From an uncultured Acidobacteriota bacterium (GTDB lineage Bacteria; Acidobacteriota; Thermoanaerobaculia; Multivoradales; UBA5704), in contig OY969474.1 in assembly GCA_963700145.1 (NCBI GenBank), positions 1,600,001 through 1,664,000 on the forward strand: 64,000 bases of DNA, in the 5' to 3' direction. Made by a program: the position numbers and the translations under genes. Shown here one piece after another: positions 36,368-48,293 of the stretch (positions within the stretch are counted from its first letter, which is position 1; every line of letters starts with the position of its first letter). The notes under the pieces were generated by a model that was given only the letters and a program-made list of their open reading frames with translations, ran no database searches and was not told the DNA's origin.

Positions 36368-38298
36368 CAGTGGGTGACCACCGGCCGCGCCTGGGGCTGG
36401 ACCTCGGCCGGCGCCGGCTCGCCCATCGGGCTCGCGGGTTTGACGGACTGCTGGGTCTGCTCCTCGAGCCCCAGGATCCCCTCCTCCAGCCAGGCGTGGT
36501 CGCCGGCGAGGACGCGCAGCGCGGTCTTGTACTTCCGCACGTCGTCGTTGCGCCAGAGGTCGCTGAAGAGGTTCGCGATCTTGCGGCGGGCGCCGCGGCA
36601 GAAGAGGTCGGCGAGCTCGAGCGCCTTGTCGGCCTCCGGGTGCCCGGCGCGGCGCATCGCGTCGGCGCGCGCCACCGAGGCGGCGATCGCGAACAGCTCG
36701 TTCGCCACGTCCACCAGCCGGAAGAGGAAGGCCTGCTTGTTCTGGAGCTTCGCCTGGTGGACGACCATGCCGTGGAAGACCTGGCGGGAGAGCCGCCGGC
36801 AGTTGCGCTCGACGAAGCGCAGGTGCCCGGCGAGCAAGCCGAACTCCGCGTAGCGCGGCCACTGCCCCCAGCCCAGCCAGCGAGTCGGGTACCAGGTGCC
36901 GTAGAAGGCGGCCATCTTGGGCAGCTCGGCGAGCTTCTCCTGCAGGCTCTTCTCGGGCTCGATCAGCGCCCCGGCCACCTCCAGGTGCTTGTCCACCGCC
37001 TCGCGCGCCATGAAGAGGTGCATGATCTCCGACGATCCCTCGAAGATCTTGTTGATGCGGTAGTCGCGCATCATGCGCTCGACCCCGATCGGCGCCTCGC
37101 CGCGGCCGGCGAGCGAGGTCTCGGTCTCGTAGCCGCGGCCGCCGCGCACCTGCATCGTGTCGTCGACGATCTCCCAGGTGCGGTCGGTGTTCCACTCCTT
37201 GCACGCCGCGGCCTCGAGACGGATGTCGTAGCCGCCGCGGTCGCTCATCGCGGTGGCCAAGGCGGCGATCGACTCCATGGCGAAGGTCACCGCCGCCATG
37301 TTGGCGATCTTGTGCGCGACCGCCTCGTGCTTGCCGACCGGCTTGCCCCACTGCACCCGCTCGCTCGCCCACTTGCGGCAGATCTCGAGGCAGAGCTTGG
37401 CGGTGCCGACCGAGCCGTTGGGGATCGACAGGCGCCCGTCGTTGAGGGTGGTGAGGGCGATCTTGAGACCCTTGCCCTCCTCGCCGATCAGGTTCTCGCG
37501 CGGCACCCGCACGTCCTTGAAGGAGATGACGGCGTTGGCGAGGGCCCGCAGCCCCATGAAGTGGCAGCGGTACTCGACCTTGACTCCCGGCCAGGCGGTC
37601 TCGACGACGTAGGCGCTGATCTTCTTGGTCTTGGGGTCGCGCGCCATGACGACGAGGAGCTTGGCGAGCGTGCCGTTGGTGCACCAGAGCTTCTCGCCGT
37701 TGAGGACGTATTCGCTGCCGTCGGCGGTGAGCTCGGCCGAGGTCTGGAGGCGGGCCGGGTCGGACCCGACCTGCGCCTCGGTCAGCGCGAAGGCGGAGAG
37801 CTCGCCCGCGGCGCAGCGCGGCAGGTACTTCTTCTTGAGCTCCTCCGAGCCGAAGAGCTTGAGCGGCTGCGGCACGCCGATCGACTGGTGGGCCGAGAGC
37901 AGCGCCATCAGGTTCCCGTCGACACTGCAGACGAGCTGCATGATCCGGTTGTACTCGGTGTTGGTGAAGCCCAGGCCCCCGTACTTCTTGGGGATCTTCA
38001 TGCCGAAGGCGCCGAGCTTGCGGAAGCCGTCGACGACCGATTCGGGGTACTCGCCGGTGGTGTCGATCTGCACGGGGTCCACGTGGTCGCGCAGGAACTC
38101 CTTGAAGGCGCGGTAGAAGGCCGCGAACTCCGGCCGCTCCTCGCCCGGCAGCGGGTAGGGTTGGAGCAGGTCCAGGCGGAAGTTGCCGAGGAACAGCTCG
38201 CGCATGAAGCTCGGCTGCGCCCACTCGGCCGTGCGCGAGGCCTCCGCCACCTTGCGCGACTCGAGCTCGCCGATCTGCTGCTGGTCTTTGGTCGCCAT
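36367..38298 (-). CDS. Acyl-CoA dehydrogenase (VLCAD-like)
   Basis: AFALTE..GSD, LNGEKLWCTNG, GGRGY, RD.RINKIFEGSSE. Confidence 0.93.
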   Translation of the reverse strand: MATKDQQQIGELESRKVAEASRTAEWAQPSFMRELFLGNFRLDLLQPYPLPGEERPEFAAFYRAFKEFLRDHVDPVQIDTTGEYPESVVDGFRKLGAFGMKIPKKYGGLGFTNTEYNRIMQLVCSVDGNLMALLSAHQSIGVPQPLKLFGSEELKKKYLPRCAAGELSAFALTEAQVGSDPARLQTSAELTADGSEYVLNGEKLWCTNGTLAKLLVVMARDPKTKKISAYVVETAWPGVKVEYRCHFMGLRALANAVISFKDVRVPRENLIGEEGKGLKIALTTLNDGRLSIPNGSVGTAKLCLEICRKWASERVQWGKPVGKHEAVAHKIANMAAVTFAMESIAALATAMSDRGGYDIRLEAAACKEWNTDRTWEIVDDTMQVRGGRGYETETSLAGRGEAPIGVERMMRDYRINKIFEGSSEIMHLFMAREAVDKHLEVAGALIEPEKSLQEKLAELPKMAAFYGTWYPTRWLGWGQWPRYAEFGLLAGHLRFVERNCRRLSRQVFHGMVVHQAKLQNKQAFLFRLVDVANELFAIAASVARADAMRRAGHPEADKALELADLFCRGARRKIANLFSDLWRNDDVRKYKTALRVLAGDHAWLEEGILGLEEQTQQSVKPASPMGEPAPAEVQPQARPVVTH

Positions 38299-38710
38299 GA
38301 AGTCCCCCTCGTCGGGATGGTGGGATGCTACCGCGGCCGGGACTCTGCCCTTTATGCCGCAGTGCGACATTGTACCAGCGGCGGCGCCGATTCGGCGCTT
38401 CAGAGGCCGGCGGCGTCAGCGACGGCGGTCAAGAACCTGCGGAGGGCGACGTCAGCTCGCACCACTCCCGACTGCCTCCCGTAGCCGCTTCACCGCCGCC
38501 GCGTTGATCCCGCCGCGCGTAGGGCGCCCAGTCCCACCAGTCGAGCATCGCCTGGGTCTTGAAGTCGGTCCAGGCCCCCGGCTCTCGCTCCATGACGAAG
38601 ATCGCCGCGAACGGCTGCAAAGAGGGCGATCTCGAAGCACAGCAGCGGCGCACCTCAGGGATGCTCTCCACGGCGGCGCGGACGCGCTCGACGACGTCCA
38701 TTGAGCGATC

Positions 38711-39625
38711 TTAGCCCGGATCTGCGACAGGGCTCGCAGGCGGGTGCGCGGCACGCAGGGCGAGGGCCACGCCGGCGGCGACGAGGGCGACGCCGGCGAG
38801 CATGCGGGGGGTGATCGGCTCGTCGAGCGCCACGGCGCCGATGACGACCGCCAGGACCGGCGCCGTGTAGGCGACGAGCGCGACGTGCGTCGCCGGCAGG
38901 TGCTGGAGGAGCCAGAAGTAGAGGCTGAACGCCACCGCCGAACCGACCAGCGCCAGATAGAGGAGCGCGGCGACCGACGGCCCGTCGAAAGTGACCGGCC
39001 GCCCCCGCTCTACCGCCGCCGCCAGCGCCCCCATGATCCCCCCGGTCAACAGCATCGGCACCGCGGTCAGCGACAGCGGATGGATCCCCGCCCCCCACCG
39101 CTTGATCGCGATCTGCGCAATCGCCGACACCAGCGGCGCCAGCAGCAGCACGAACGCAGCGATCTCCGCCCGCCGCCCCCCGAGCGGCTCGAAGTCCCCC
39201 GAAAACAGCACCGCGATCCCCACGAACCCCACCGCCACCCCCACCAAGCGCGCCGGCGTCAACCGCTCCCCCGGCACCGCAAAATGCGCCATCACCGCCA
39301 CCAACAGCGGAAACACCGCGAACAACACCGCCGCCAACCCCGAAGGCACCCACTGCTCGGCCCAGTACACGATCCCGTACGACCCGCAGAACGTGCACAG
39401 CGCATTCACCACCCACAACCGCCGCTCCACCGCCGTCCGACCCAGCGGCGCCCGAACCCCCCAAACCACCAACAGCAGCGCAACCCCCGCAATCGCAAAC
39501 CGCAGCGCCACCCCAGTAAACGGCGGCACGCCGCCAAGCCCAACGCGGATCGCAGCCCAAGTGGTGCCCCAGATGAGCGTGAGGAGGCCGAGAACCAGAT
39601 ACGACACAAGTCGCGTAGGAGGCAT
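38711..39625 (-). CDS. EamA/DMT family transporter
   Basis: IWGTTW..., about 10 TM helices, PVLAVVIG...DE. Confidence 0.9.
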   Translation of the reverse strand: MPPTRLVSYLVLGLLTLIWGTTWAAIRVGLGGVPPFTGVALRFAIAGVALLLVVWGVRAPLGRTAVERRLWVVNALCTFCGSYGIVYWAEQWVPSGLAAVLFAVFPLLVAVMAHFAVPGERLTPARLVGVAVGFVGIAVLFSGDFEPLGGRRAEIAAFVLLLAPLVSAIAQIAIKRWGAGIHPLSLTAVPMLLTGGIMGALAAAVERGRPVTFDGPSVAALLYLALVGSAVAFSLYFWLLQHLPATHVALVAYTAPVLAVVIGAVALDEPITPRMLAGVALVAAGVALALRAAHPPASPVADPG

Positions 39626-39629
39626 CTTT

Positions 39630-39665
39630 CCCCCGCCCAGATCCTTCGCTTCGCTCAGGATGACG
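39630..39665 (-). repeat. CGTC-type REP-like repeat
   Basis: Minus strand CGTCATCCTGAGCGAAGCGAAGGATCTGGGCGGGGG. Confidence 0.8.
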
Positions 39666-39698
39666 GTCTTACGGTTGTACCGTTGACTCGCCAACGGA

Positions 39699-39863
39699 GG
39701 GTCGCGCCGGGCGCTCTCCCCCGGGGAGCTCTCCGCAAGCGCCGGCAACGCCCTTCTCAGTCCACCACCGACCCCGCGCGCAGCGGAGCGCAGGCGCGCG
39801 CCCACCCCGAGCATTCCACAAAGCGCGCGCCGGTCCCCCGGGGGAGAGCGCCCGGCGCGACCC
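39699..39863 (-). repeat. ~160-bp long-stem intergenic element, copy B
   Basis: Perfect 28-bp terminal IR GGGTCGCGCCGGGCGCTCTCCCCCGGGG; shared core GCGCGCC..CGCTGCGCGC..TCGGTGG.GGACTG..GTTGCCGGCGC on the minus strand. Confidence 0.75.
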
Positions 39864-39894
39864 GGGCTCCGCGCGCTCGCCCCTCTCCTACCGC

Positions 39895-41214
39895 CTATGG
39901 ATAGATCTTGTGCAACATGCGCGGGTAAGGGATGGTCTCGCGCAGGTGATGGAGCCCGCCCATCCATGCCACGAAGCGCTCCAACCCCATCCCGAACCCA
40001 CTATGCGGAAACGCCCCATACCGCCGCACATCCAGATACCACTGAAACGCCTCGATCGGCAGATTGTGCTGGCGAATGCGCGCCAGCAGCAACTCGTGCT
40101 CGTGGATCCTCTGACTCCCCCCGATGATCTCCCCGTACCCCTCCGGCGCCAGCATGTCCAACCCCAGCACCACCTTCGCGTCCTCCGGGTCCGGCTGCAT
40201 GTAAAACGCCTTGAACGCCGCCGGGAACCGCGTCACCATCACCGGCCGGTCGTACCGCGCCGCCACCGCCGTCTCCTCGTCGGCGCCGAAATCGTCCCCC
40301 CACTGAATCGGGTTCCCCTCCGCCTGGAGCTGCGCGACCGCCTCCGTGTACGTGATCCGCGGAAACGGCGGCGCCACCCGCTCGAGCGGCGCCGGGTCCC
40401 GCTCCAGGACCTTCAGGTCCTCGCGGCAGCGGTCCAGCACGCGCGCCACCAGCTCGCAGACGAACTCCTCCGCCAGCGCGCACAGCCCCTCGAACTCCAG
40501 GAACGCCACCTCCGGCTCCACCATCCAGAACTCCATGAGGTGGCGCCGGGTCTTGCTCTTCTCGGCGCGGAACGTGGGCCCGAAGCAGTACACCTTGCCG
40601 AGCGCCGCCGCCGCCGGCTCCAGGTAGAGCTGCCCGGACTGCGAGAGGTACGCCTTCTCGCCGAAGTAGTCGGTCTCGAAGAGCGTCGAGGTCCCCTCGC
40701 AGGCCGCCGGCGTCAGGATCGGCGAGTCGATCAGCGTGAAGTCGCGGGTATGGAAGAAGTCGCGGATCGCCTGCGACACCTCGCTCCGGAGCTTGAGCGC
40801 GGCGCGCTGGCGGCTGGAGCGCAGCCAGAGGTGGCGGTGCTCCATGAGGAACGCCACCCCGTGCTCCTTGGGGCTGATCGGGAACTCCTCGGTGAGCTGC
40901 TCGACACGGAAGTCGGTGAGCTGGATCTCCACCCCGCCCGGCGCCCGGCGGTCCTCCTTGACGCGCCCGGAGAGCGCGACGGTCGATTCCTGCGTCGCCC
41001 GCTCGACCTCCGCCCACGCCGCCTCCGGCAGGTCCGCCCGGCTCGCCACCGCCTGCACCACCGCCCCGCCCAGCCGTACCTGGAGAAAGGCGATCTTCCC
41101 CGACGAGCGCTTCCCGTCGATCCACCCCCGCAGCGCCACCTCCTGCCCGGCGTGGGCGGGCAGCTCGCGGAAGGAGGGGGACGGGAGCGGCGGGGCGGGC
41201 GTGGTCGTCGCCAT
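39895..41214 (-). CDS. asnS: Asparagine--tRNA ligase
   Basis: RHLWLRS, LSQSGQLY, FRAEKSKTRRHL.EF, GEIIGGSQR, HSGFGMGLER. Confidence 0.95.
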   Translation of the reverse strand: MATTTPAPPLPSPSFRELPAHAGQEVALRGWIDGKRSSGKIAFLQVRLGGAVVQAVASRADLPEAAWAEVERATQESTVALSGRVKEDRRAPGGVEIQLTDFRVEQLTEEFPISPKEHGVAFLMEHRHLWLRSSRQRAALKLRSEVSQAIRDFFHTRDFTLIDSPILTPAACEGTSTLFETDYFGEKAYLSQSGQLYLEPAAAALGKVYCFGPTFRAEKSKTRRHLMEFWMVEPEVAFLEFEGLCALAEEFVCELVARVLDRCREDLKVLERDPAPLERVAPPFPRITYTEAVAQLQAEGNPIQWGDDFGADEETAVAARYDRPVMVTRFPAAFKAFYMQPDPEDAKVVLGLDMLAPEGYGEIIGGSQRIHEHELLLARIRQHNLPIEAFQWYLDVRRYGAFPHSGFGMGLERFVAWMGGLHHLRETIPYPRMLHKIYP

Positions 41215-41290
41215 GGGGCGCGGATTCTAGCAGCGGGTTTCACCCCGCCCCGGTGTACACTTCGGTAAGGAATCTCCAGGAGGGTAAGGA

Positions 41291-41548
41291 ATGCCGACGA
41301 CCACGCTCACCAGCAAGGGCCAAGTTACCTTGCCCAAGGAGATCCGCGACCGACTCGGACTGCGGCCCGGCCACCAGTTGAGCTTCGAGATCGAACCCGA
41401 CGGACGGCTCGTCGTGCGCCCCAAGAGCGTGGACCTCATGTCGCTCGGCGGGCTGCTGCGGCGCCGCCGGGCCAAGAAGAGCCTCCGCCAGATCGAGGAA
41501 GGGATCGGCCGCGGGGCGGCCGAGAGCTTCCGCGAGTCGGTCGAGTGA
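41291..41548 (+). CDS. vapB: AbrB/MazE-type antitoxin
   Basis: TLTSKGQVTLPKEIRDRLGLRPG. Confidence 0.9.
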   Translation: MPTTTLTSKGQVTLPKEIRDRLGLRPGHQLSFEIEPDGRLVVRPKSVDLMSLGGLLRRRRAKKSLRQIEEGIGRGAAESFRESVE

Positions 41549-41943
41549 TCGCGCTCGACACCAACGTCCTCGTCCGTTTTCTCGTCGCCGACGATCCGGA
41601 GCAGTTCGAGGCGGCAAAGCGGAGCCTGGCCCGCCTCGGACCGGCGGAGGCGTCGGGCTTCGTTGCCGATGTCGTGCTCGCCGAGCTGGTTTGGGTGCTG
41701 CGCACCACCTACGAGCACTCGCGGGGCGAGATCCTACAGGCCCTGGAGGCCTTGGCCAGCGCCGACCATCTGACCTTCGAGGACGACGGCCGGCTGGCCC
41801 GCGCCCTGCGCGCCTTCGGCGAAGGGCGCGGCGACTTCGCTGACTACCTGATCCGCGAGCGCGCCGCGGCGACGGGCTGCTCGTCGGTCCTGACCTTCGA
41901 CAGGACGCTACAGAAAGAAAAGGGATTCTCGGCGCCTAGCTAG
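41545..41943 (+). CDS. vapC: PIN-domain toxin
   Basis: DTNVLVR, AE..WVL, DFAD, TFD; GTGA overlap with the antitoxin. Confidence 0.9.
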   Translation: MIALDTNVLVRFLVADDPEQFEAAKRSLARLGPAEASGFVADVVLAELVWVLRTTYEHSRGEILQALEALASADHLTFEDDGRLARALRAFGEGRGDFADYLIRERAAATGCSSVLTFDRTLQKEKGFSAPS

Positions 41944-41959
41944 CGCCTTCGATGGCCCG

Positions 41960-42634
41960 CTAGTCGCTCTGCAGCCGCCGCAGCGCGTCCGCCGCGGCCT
42001 GCTGCTGCGCCACTTTCTTGCTCGACCCCTCGCCGCGGCCGGCGCGCTCGCCGGCGACCCAGCACTCGACGGCGAAGCGCTTGTCGTGGTCGGGGCCGGA
42101 TTCGCCGACCAGGCGGTAGTCGGGGAGGTCCCAGCCGCGCGCCTGCGCCAGCTCCTGGAGGGCGGTCTTGGAATCCGAGTGGAGGACCTCGGCGTCGGCG
42201 GCGAGCGCGCGGTCGAGCATCGGGCGGACGGCGGCGCGGGCGGGGTCGAGGCCGCCGTCGAGGTAGATCGCGCCGAAGAGGGCCTCCAGCGAGTCGGCGA
42301 GCAGCGAGTCCTTGCCGCGCCCGCCGCCCCGCTCCTCCCCCACCCCGAGCTTCAGCTCGTCGCTCACCCCGAGCGTAGCGGCCCAGGCGGCGAGGACCGG
42401 CTCGCTGACCAGGTGGTTCAGCCGCTTCGTGAGGCCGCCCTCGCGCTCGTCGGGATAGCGCTCGAAGAGCAGCTCGGCCGTGACGAGCTTGAGGACCGCG
42501 TCCCCCAGGAACTCCATGCGCTCCCAGTGCTCTTCGCTCCCCTGCTCGCTGGCGAGCGAGCGGTGGGTCAGCGCCCGCTCCAGCAGCTCGCGGCGGCGGA
42601 AGCGGTAGCCGAGGCTCTCCTCAACGCCGGCCAA
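41960..42634 (-). CDS. rnc: Ribonuclease III
   Basis: ERMEFLGDAVL, AD..EALFGAIYLD, dsRBD KTALQE. Confidence 0.96.
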   Translation of the reverse strand: MAGVEESLGYRFRRRELLERALTHRSLASEQGSEEHWERMEFLGDAVLKLVTAELLFERYPDEREGGLTKRLNHLVSEPVLAAWAATLGVSDELKLGVGEERGGGRGKDSLLADSLEALFGAIYLDGGLDPARAAVRPMLDRALAADAEVLHSDSKTALQELAQARGWDLPDYRLVGESGPDHDKRFAVECWVAGERAGRGEGSSKKVAQQQAAADALRRLQSD

Positions 42635-44435
42635 AGCGCCTTTCGAGGTCGGCGTCGGTCATCTGCAGGACGACGGGACGGCCGTGCGGGCAGGCGTACG
42701 GCTGCTCGGCGGCGAAGAGCTCGGCGACGAGGGCCTCCATCTCGGCCGGGGCGAGGGGGTGGTGCATCTTGACCGCCGCCTTGCAGGCGAGGCTCGCGGC
42801 GAGGGTCTCGACGAGGCGCCGGCGCAGGGGCGCGGCGCCGCCGCCGCCGTTGTCGCCGGCGTGCTCGGCACCCTCGTCGGCAGCAAGGGTGCGGAGGAGC
42901 GCCTCCCCCTCCTCGGCCGAGAGCGGGGCCGGGACGGCGGTCAGGGCCAGCGTGTCGCCCGAGAGAACGGCGAGGCCGAAGCCGCACTCCTCCAGCTCGG
43001 GCGCCAGCTCCTGGAGCCGCAGCCGCTCGGCCGGTGCCAGCTCCAGGAGGGCCGGGTGCAGGAGCGCCTGGCTGGCGGGGGACTCGGCGGCGAGGGCGCG
43101 GCGGAGGCGCTCGTAGAGGATGCGCTCGTGGGCGACGTGCTGGTCGATCACGTAAAGGCCGTCGGGGCCTTCGAGGAGGATGAGCGTCCCCTTGTACTGG
43201 CCGAGGAGGCGGAACGGGCGCGGCTCGCCGCCGCGGCCGGAGAGCGGGACCATCGGGCGGTCGAGGGGTGCGTAGGCGGCGGCTGCGAGACGCTGCGGGC
43301 TGCCTTCGGCAAGATCGCCGGCGAGGCGCCGCTCCCACGCTTCCGCCGTCGAGTACGGCCGGTCGCCCAACCCGCGCCAGGCGGGCGGCATCGACGGCGC
43401 CTCCCCGTGCGGCGCGCGCAGCGGCGCCGGCTCCTCGCCGCGCGCCCGCGCCAGGGCGGCGCGCAGGGTGAAGTGCAGGCGGTCGAGGAGACGAGGATCG
43501 CGGAAGCGCACCTCCGCCTTCTGCGGATGGACGTTGACGTCCACCTCCTCGGGCGGCAGCTCGAGGAAGAGGAAGAGCGCCGGGAACTCGTCGCTCCGCC
43601 ACTCCTCGCGCACGGCGCGGTAGAAGGCGGCGAGGACGGCGCGGTCGCGCAGGAGGCGCCGGTTGACGAAGACGAAGGCGCGGCGGGCGCCGGCGGTCTC
43701 GGGGGTGCCGACGAGGCCGGAGATCGTCTCGTGGAGCGCGCCGGTGGCGGCGAGGGCCGGTGAAGGGATCTCGACCAGGCGGCGCGCGAAGTCGTCGCCG
43801 AAGAGGGCGGCGATGCGCGGGCGGGGGTCGGCGGCGGGCAGAGCGTCGAGGAGCTCGCGGCCGTCGTGCGCGAGGCGCAGGCGGACGTCCGGGCGCGCGA
43901 GGGCGTAGCCCTGGACGACTTCCAGGCAGCGGCGCAGCTCGGTCGCCGGGCTCTTGAGGAACTTGCGCCGCGCCGGCACGTTCCAGAAGAGGGATGCGAC
44001 TTCGATGCGGGTGCCGCGCGGCGCGGGCGCGGGCTCGGCGGCGAGGACGCGGCCGCCGTCGATGCGCACGCGCTGGCCGTCACCCGGTTGCTCGGCGGTG
44101 AGGAGCTCGACGCGCGCCACGGCGGCGATGGCGCAGAGGGCCTCGCCGCGGAAGCCGAGGGTGGCCACGCGCTCGAGGTCGGCGAAGCCGGCGATTTTGC
44201 TGGTGGCGTGGCGGTCGAAGGCTAAGAGGGCGTCGTCGCGGCCCATGCCGGTGCCGTCGTCGGCGACGGCGATGCGGCGGCGGCCGCCGGCTTCTAATTC
44301 GATTCGGATGTCGGTGGCGCCGGCGTCGAGGGCGTTTTCGACTAGCTCCTTGACGACCGAGGCCGGGCGCTCCACGACCTCGCCGGCGGCGATCTGGGCT
44401 GCCACTCGGTCGGGGAGGATGTGGATGCGGGGCAT
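42621..44435 (-). CDS. mutL: DNA mismatch repair protein MutL
   Basis: IAAGEVVERPASVVKELVEN, GFRGEAL, DVNVHPQK, DQHVAHERILYE, ACK, CPHGRP. Confidence 0.96.
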   Translation of the reverse strand: MPRIHILPDRVAAQIAAGEVVERPASVVKELVENALDAGATDIRIELEAGGRRRIAVADDGTGMGRDDALLAFDRHATSKIAGFADLERVATLGFRGEALCAIAAVARVELLTAEQPGDGQRVRIDGGRVLAAEPAPAPRGTRIEVASLFWNVPARRKFLKSPATELRRCLEVVQGYALARPDVRLRLAHDGRELLDALPAADPRPRIAALFGDDFARRLVEIPSPALAATGALHETISGLVGTPETAGARRAFVFVNRRLLRDRAVLAAFYRAVREEWRSDEFPALFLFLELPPEEVDVNVHPQKAEVRFRDPRLLDRLHFTLRAALARARGEEPAPLRAPHGEAPSMPPAWRGLGDRPYSTAEAWERRLAGDLAEGSPQRLAAAAYAPLDRPMVPLSGRGGEPRPFRLLGQYKGTLILLEGPDGLYVIDQHVAHERILYERLRRALAAESPASQALLHPALLELAPAERLRLQELAPELEECGFGLAVLSGDTLALTAVPAPLSAEEGEALLRTLAADEGAEHAGDNGGGGAAPLRRRLVETLAASLACKAAVKMHHPLAPAEMEALVAELFAAEQPYACPHGRPVVLQMTDADLERRFGRR

Positions 44436-44484
44436 GTTTGGCGATCTTACGGTAGGCCCCGCTGGACAAGCGGCCCCCCCGCCC

Positions 44485-44650
44485 AGCCCGGCGGCGGGCG
44501 CTCCCCGGAGGAACCGGCGCGCGCTTTGAAGACTGCCGAGGGGGGGCGCGCGCCTGCGCTTCGCTTTGCGCCTGGATCGATAGGGGACTGCAGTGGGGGT
44601 TGCCAGGCGCTCGCTCAGAGCTTCCTCCGGGGAGCGCCCGCCGCCGGGCT
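44485..44650 (+). repeat. ~160-bp long-stem intergenic element, copy C
   Basis: Perfect 29-bp terminal IR AGCCCGGCGGCGGGCGCTCCCCGGAGGAA; shared core. Confidence 0.75.
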
Positions 44651-44665
44651 TCCCCCCTGGACGAA

Positions 44666-45495
44666 CTACAAAGGCAGCAATGTGTAGGGGGGCTCGTGGA
44701 GGGTTGGCCTGCGCCTCGCTACTAGGAGAGTGTTGCCCCAGGCTCGGCGCCATAGGGGGACGGCGCGGAGTGTGGCGCGCAGGAGGCGGCGCGGGCCGCG
44801 GGGGTCGGGGCGATGCGGGAGGGTGCGGTGGTCGAGGATCTCGAGGTTGGCGGCGCGGAGGAAGCGAGCGAGGAAAAAGGACTGGGCGACGTGGACGGCG
44901 TCGGCGTCGGGGACGTAGCCTTCGGTCAGGACGCGGGGGCTCTCGACGAGGTCGAAGCGGTGGCGGCCGTCTAGGAGGGAGCGGAGCTGGCGGCCTAGGC
45001 GGCGGGCTGCGACCTCCAGGCGGCGGCGCGGAGGAAGGCTGGGGGGCATCTCGTAGGGGAGGTCCCAGGCCGAGCCGACGAGGAGGAGCAAGCCCCCGGG
45101 CCGCAGGACGCGGGCCGCTTCGAGCAGCGTCCTCCCCGGGTCGTGGAAGTGCTCTAAGGCGTAGGTTGAGAGGACGGCGTCGAAGCTGGCGTCGCGGAAG
45201 GGGAGGCGCTCGCCGTCGCCGCGGACGCGCGCTCCGGGGCGCCCCCACTCCGCCGCCAGGGCGAGGCCGGCGGTCGCGACATCCGAGCCGACGTAGCGGG
45301 TGCCGGGGGGCAGCCAGAGGGCGTTCTCGCAGGAGCCGCAGCCGAGGTCGAGGACCCGCTGGCCGGGCTCGAGGAAGCCGAGGAGGAGGCGCCGCTCGGG
45401 GGAGGCCTCGGGGTTGGCGGCGGCGGCCTGCGCGTAGTAGTCGCGGGAGGAGTCCCAGAAGGCGGCGAGCCGCCGGCGCTTTTCCGGGTCCGGCT

Positions 45496-45499
<4 letters not shown>
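44666..45499 (-). CDS. Class I SAM-dependent methyltransferase
   Basis: VLDLGCG, GDGERLPFRDASFD, LEHF, RVLRPGG; TTG start overlapping ppdK stop. Confidence 0.85.
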
Positions 45500-48252
<2,753 letters not shown>

Positions 48253-48293
48253 GATCGCTCCTCCGAAGCCGGCATCCTACACTCCGCCGCCGC

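Noticed and set aside
38429-38701. 90-aa ORF between acyl-CoA dehydrogenase and EamA
   Set aside because: No clear RBS or recognisable motif; it may be a remnant but cannot be supported
41291-41943. vapBC as a novel system
   Set aside because: Ordinary AbrB-PIN type II toxin-antitoxin pair
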